A stretch of DNA of 64,000 nucleotides from Heptranchias perlo (lineage: Eukaryota). The first letter of the stretch is position 1. The number at the start of each line of letters is the position of its first letter. This document shows positions 61,326-64,000 of this stretch, piece after piece. The DNA lies in the NCBI RefSeq assembly GCF_035084215.1, contig NC_090326.1, forward strand, positions 60,636,001 to 60,700,000. Reading direction: 5' to 3'. The position numbers and the translations under genes were made by a program. The notes beneath the pieces were generated by a model, which saw nothing but the letters and a program-made list of their open reading frames with translations, was not told the origin of the DNA and did not search any database.

Positions 61326-62581
61326 CTATAATGACTCTTTGAAGGCTAAAATCAAGGCCCTTTTCTTTTGTATCTGACCTCTTAAGACTGCTTAACTGCA
61401 TGTGGGCTTCCATTGATAATTGGAGAAGAACTCAGGGAAAGGAAAGCAACTTTTTTAAAAGGGGTTTGATTAAAAATAGTATTTTGTTTACCTATTTTAC
61501 ATACCAATGTTCATTCTGCTGTTAACAAAATATTTATCTTAGATTTCAACATTGCTTAAATGGCAAACATTCTTTGACTGAGATCAAAACCTGGAAATAG
61601 TTTAACGTGACGTGAGAAAAGAGTTGTCAATATTTTAACAATTGCCACACAAAACACACTTTGCCAAAGAATTAGGAGACAACTCAACAATGCTTAGAAA
61701 GCTGAGAAATGCTACCAAAAATTCAACTCACAATCCTGAAACCATCAGAAGTTTACCACACATTGAGCTCTCTCTATGAGATTCAGTACTTCAAATCCCA
61801 AAGGGCCATAAGACATCCTGACAGCAGAATTTAGTGTATTACATTAAAAATAAATCCTAGGCTGATAGTTGGTGTCATACCACCAGGCAGCTGGTAATGT
61901 AAACCTTTGACTTGTTCAGTTCAATTGTATTTACATTTTTACATAGACGATATTTAACAGCAGTACGACTCTAAGCCATATTTGCTGCAATAGTATATGA
62001 AAAAAAATACCCCCTTCTCAAACTTTTGGGATAGTTTCAGACATTGTTCCTTTCTGGAAGAACATTTCCAATTACTTAATAGAATACAAATGTACGTTCC
62101 CACACAAAGCCAACTTTTTTTTTCCGTAAACATGTTTCTTATATTAAAAGTTCATCTGACAGGAAGCATTTATCCTTCTAGTAATAGAAATTTCGAACTT
62201 ATACCACAAATATAGGAGTACACAAAGCTACTCCGTGTTTCCTAATTTGTATAAAATGCTCTAGCTTCACAAGTGGAAAAGAAATGCACATCCACAGCTA
62301 TCTAAAATGTTGTTCTTTGATTCATATTTCCAGACCACATCAATTGTTCCTATCATTAGAGAAATCAAACAGATTTACCATGCAGTAGCTTTTGAATTGC
62401 GGGCCACCACTGCCAGAATCACATGCATCGCTCAGGCCTTTAGCACACCAAAAATTCACTATGTTCCCACTAAATAATTTAATAAAAGAATTTTAACATC
62501 ACTGAAATGGTTGGACTGTTCCACTTCTCAATCATCTTAGTAATCTTCTTAAAACATTTTGACTGGGCCTTAACTCTGATC

Positions 62582-63948
62582 CAGTGTTGTCCAACACGTT
62601 AGCCGCTGGCCACATAGGCTAATTGGGAATCCAGGGGCATGATTTTATCGAGGGGGCAGGGGGGGTGGAATTCCTGACGGGAAACCCGGGAGTACAGGTT
62701 TCCTGGATGTCCTTATGATTTTGATGTAAGGATGTCTTTAATTTTGTTTTTGATGGTTTTCCGCCCGACAGGCCGGCCTGATTTACAGGCTGTGCTCAGT
62801 TGGACGGGAGAAGAGGAAGAAAGAGGATGTGAACAGGTAAGTTGGGGAGGGGGTCATCGGGGGGAGGGGGGAGGGTCGAGGGTCATTGGGGAGCTCAGAC
62901 ATCGGGGGGTCAGTCATTGGGGGTCATCGTGAGGCTCAGTCATTGGGGGGGTTACTCATCAGGGGTCATCGGAGGGGATCAGTCATCAGGGGGCTCAGTC
63001 ATCGGGGGGGGTCAGAGATCGTGGGGGGAGTCGGAGATCGTGGGGGAGTCGGAGATCGGGGGTGGGAGGGTCACTGCAGGTAGGCTTGTTGGATCTAGGG
63101 GAAGTTCACCTGCTCCTCCAGGCCTTCAAGCTATGATATAAAGGCACTTACCTGCAGTTTCAGGCCTTCTCGCCTCCTCTCGTGTGGCGTGAAGTAGAAG
63201 GCCCAGGAATCCCAGCCCCCAAGGGTTAAAAACAAAAAACCTATCAAAATGGAGCCCCGCGGCCATCTTGAAAGCTTTTACTGACCAACCCGCCTCCTGA
63301 GAGCGGGTTGGTTGGCCACCCCTTGTCCCGCCTCCATGAAAACCGGAAACGGGCGGGTTGGGGGCAGGTTTTAGATTTTTAAAATTTTTACTGCCACCCC
63401 TCACGCACCCCCAACCTACCCATTTTTCCCATTTAAAGTCATGCTCCAGATGTGGCTAATTGCATTTTTCATTAGTAAATAAAAATGATTATTAGAAACC
63501 ATTGTGTACGTGACCTCAATACTCAGATTTGCATTATGTGCATGCGTACTTCAACATTTTTGTGCGTTTGTTGGTAAAATAGTAAGACAAAAAGCAGAGT
63601 GTGTTAGTGTTTTTTCATCGTTGGTGTATGCGTAACATCCTTGGTTACTGCTTATTGGTTATTTGTTAAAATGCTGACTTTAGCACCGCAGAAACACCGG
63701 CAACATTGCATGGAGAGGGGATCTTGACCAATCAGGATAACCGTGCCAGGCCAGCAGAAGAATGCAAGTCCAACCAATAATGAGCTGCTCCAACGGGGTA
63801 TGTCGTGCCAAAGGGCAAGCAGCATCCAACCACATTCTGGATGGAGGGCAGGGATGGGTGTGGCATGTCTCGTTGTGCAAGTCAGCATTCTCAGCAATCA
63901 CTCTGATGAAGTCAAAGCATCGTTAGCAACTGCTGGACAAAAACCTAG
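62582..63948. mobile_element. Possible older hAT-like element hosting the 62635-63446 insertion
   Basis: Left end CAGTGTTGTCCAAC resembles hAT termini; weak counterpart GCTGGACAAAAACCT at ~63933-63947; no 8-bp TSD seen. Confidence 0.3.
62635..63446. mobile_element. Non-autonomous Harbinger-like element with CAG TSD and internal G-rich repeat
   Basis: TIRs GGGCATGATTTTA / TAAAGTCATGCTC; CAG at 62632-62634 and 63447-63449; GGGGTCATCGG-type repeats at ~62845-63075. Confidence 0.82.
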
Positions 63949-64000
63949 AAGCTACACAAAGATGTGGAGTATCTGATTAATTCAAGCCAGAATTCCAGAC

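Overview
Eukaryotic, repeat-dense, essentially non-coding window. The repeat content (CR1 LINEs with (ATTCTATG)n or (TTCTTATG)n tails, L2 LINEs, Deu-domain SINEs, many PIF/Harbinger elements and MITEs) suggests a cartilaginous fish; this is inference. No intact host gene is recognisable. The longest protein-like ORFs are LINE ORF2 fragments; most others are antisense to LINEs, repeat artefacts or unrecognisable. Main content: a jockey/CR1-group LINE family (4 pieces), several CR1 families (many nested), one L2 split by two CR1s, decayed Harbinger transposase and Myb/SANT genes, 130-1100 bp TIR elements with 3-bp target duplications, and a 387-N gap beside a CA-rich repeat. The most notable signal is two ~120-140 bp insertions (41220-41356 and 49203-49323). 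Each carries a minimal type-I hammerhead ribozyme and a 12-bp TSD, and one is terminally redundant like a permuted monomer. Also notable: convergent perfect 5' splice sites inside Harbinger MITEs, a perfect 36-bp palindrome, and a few orphan exon-like segments. Coordinates were read by eye; boundaries of decayed elements are approximate.
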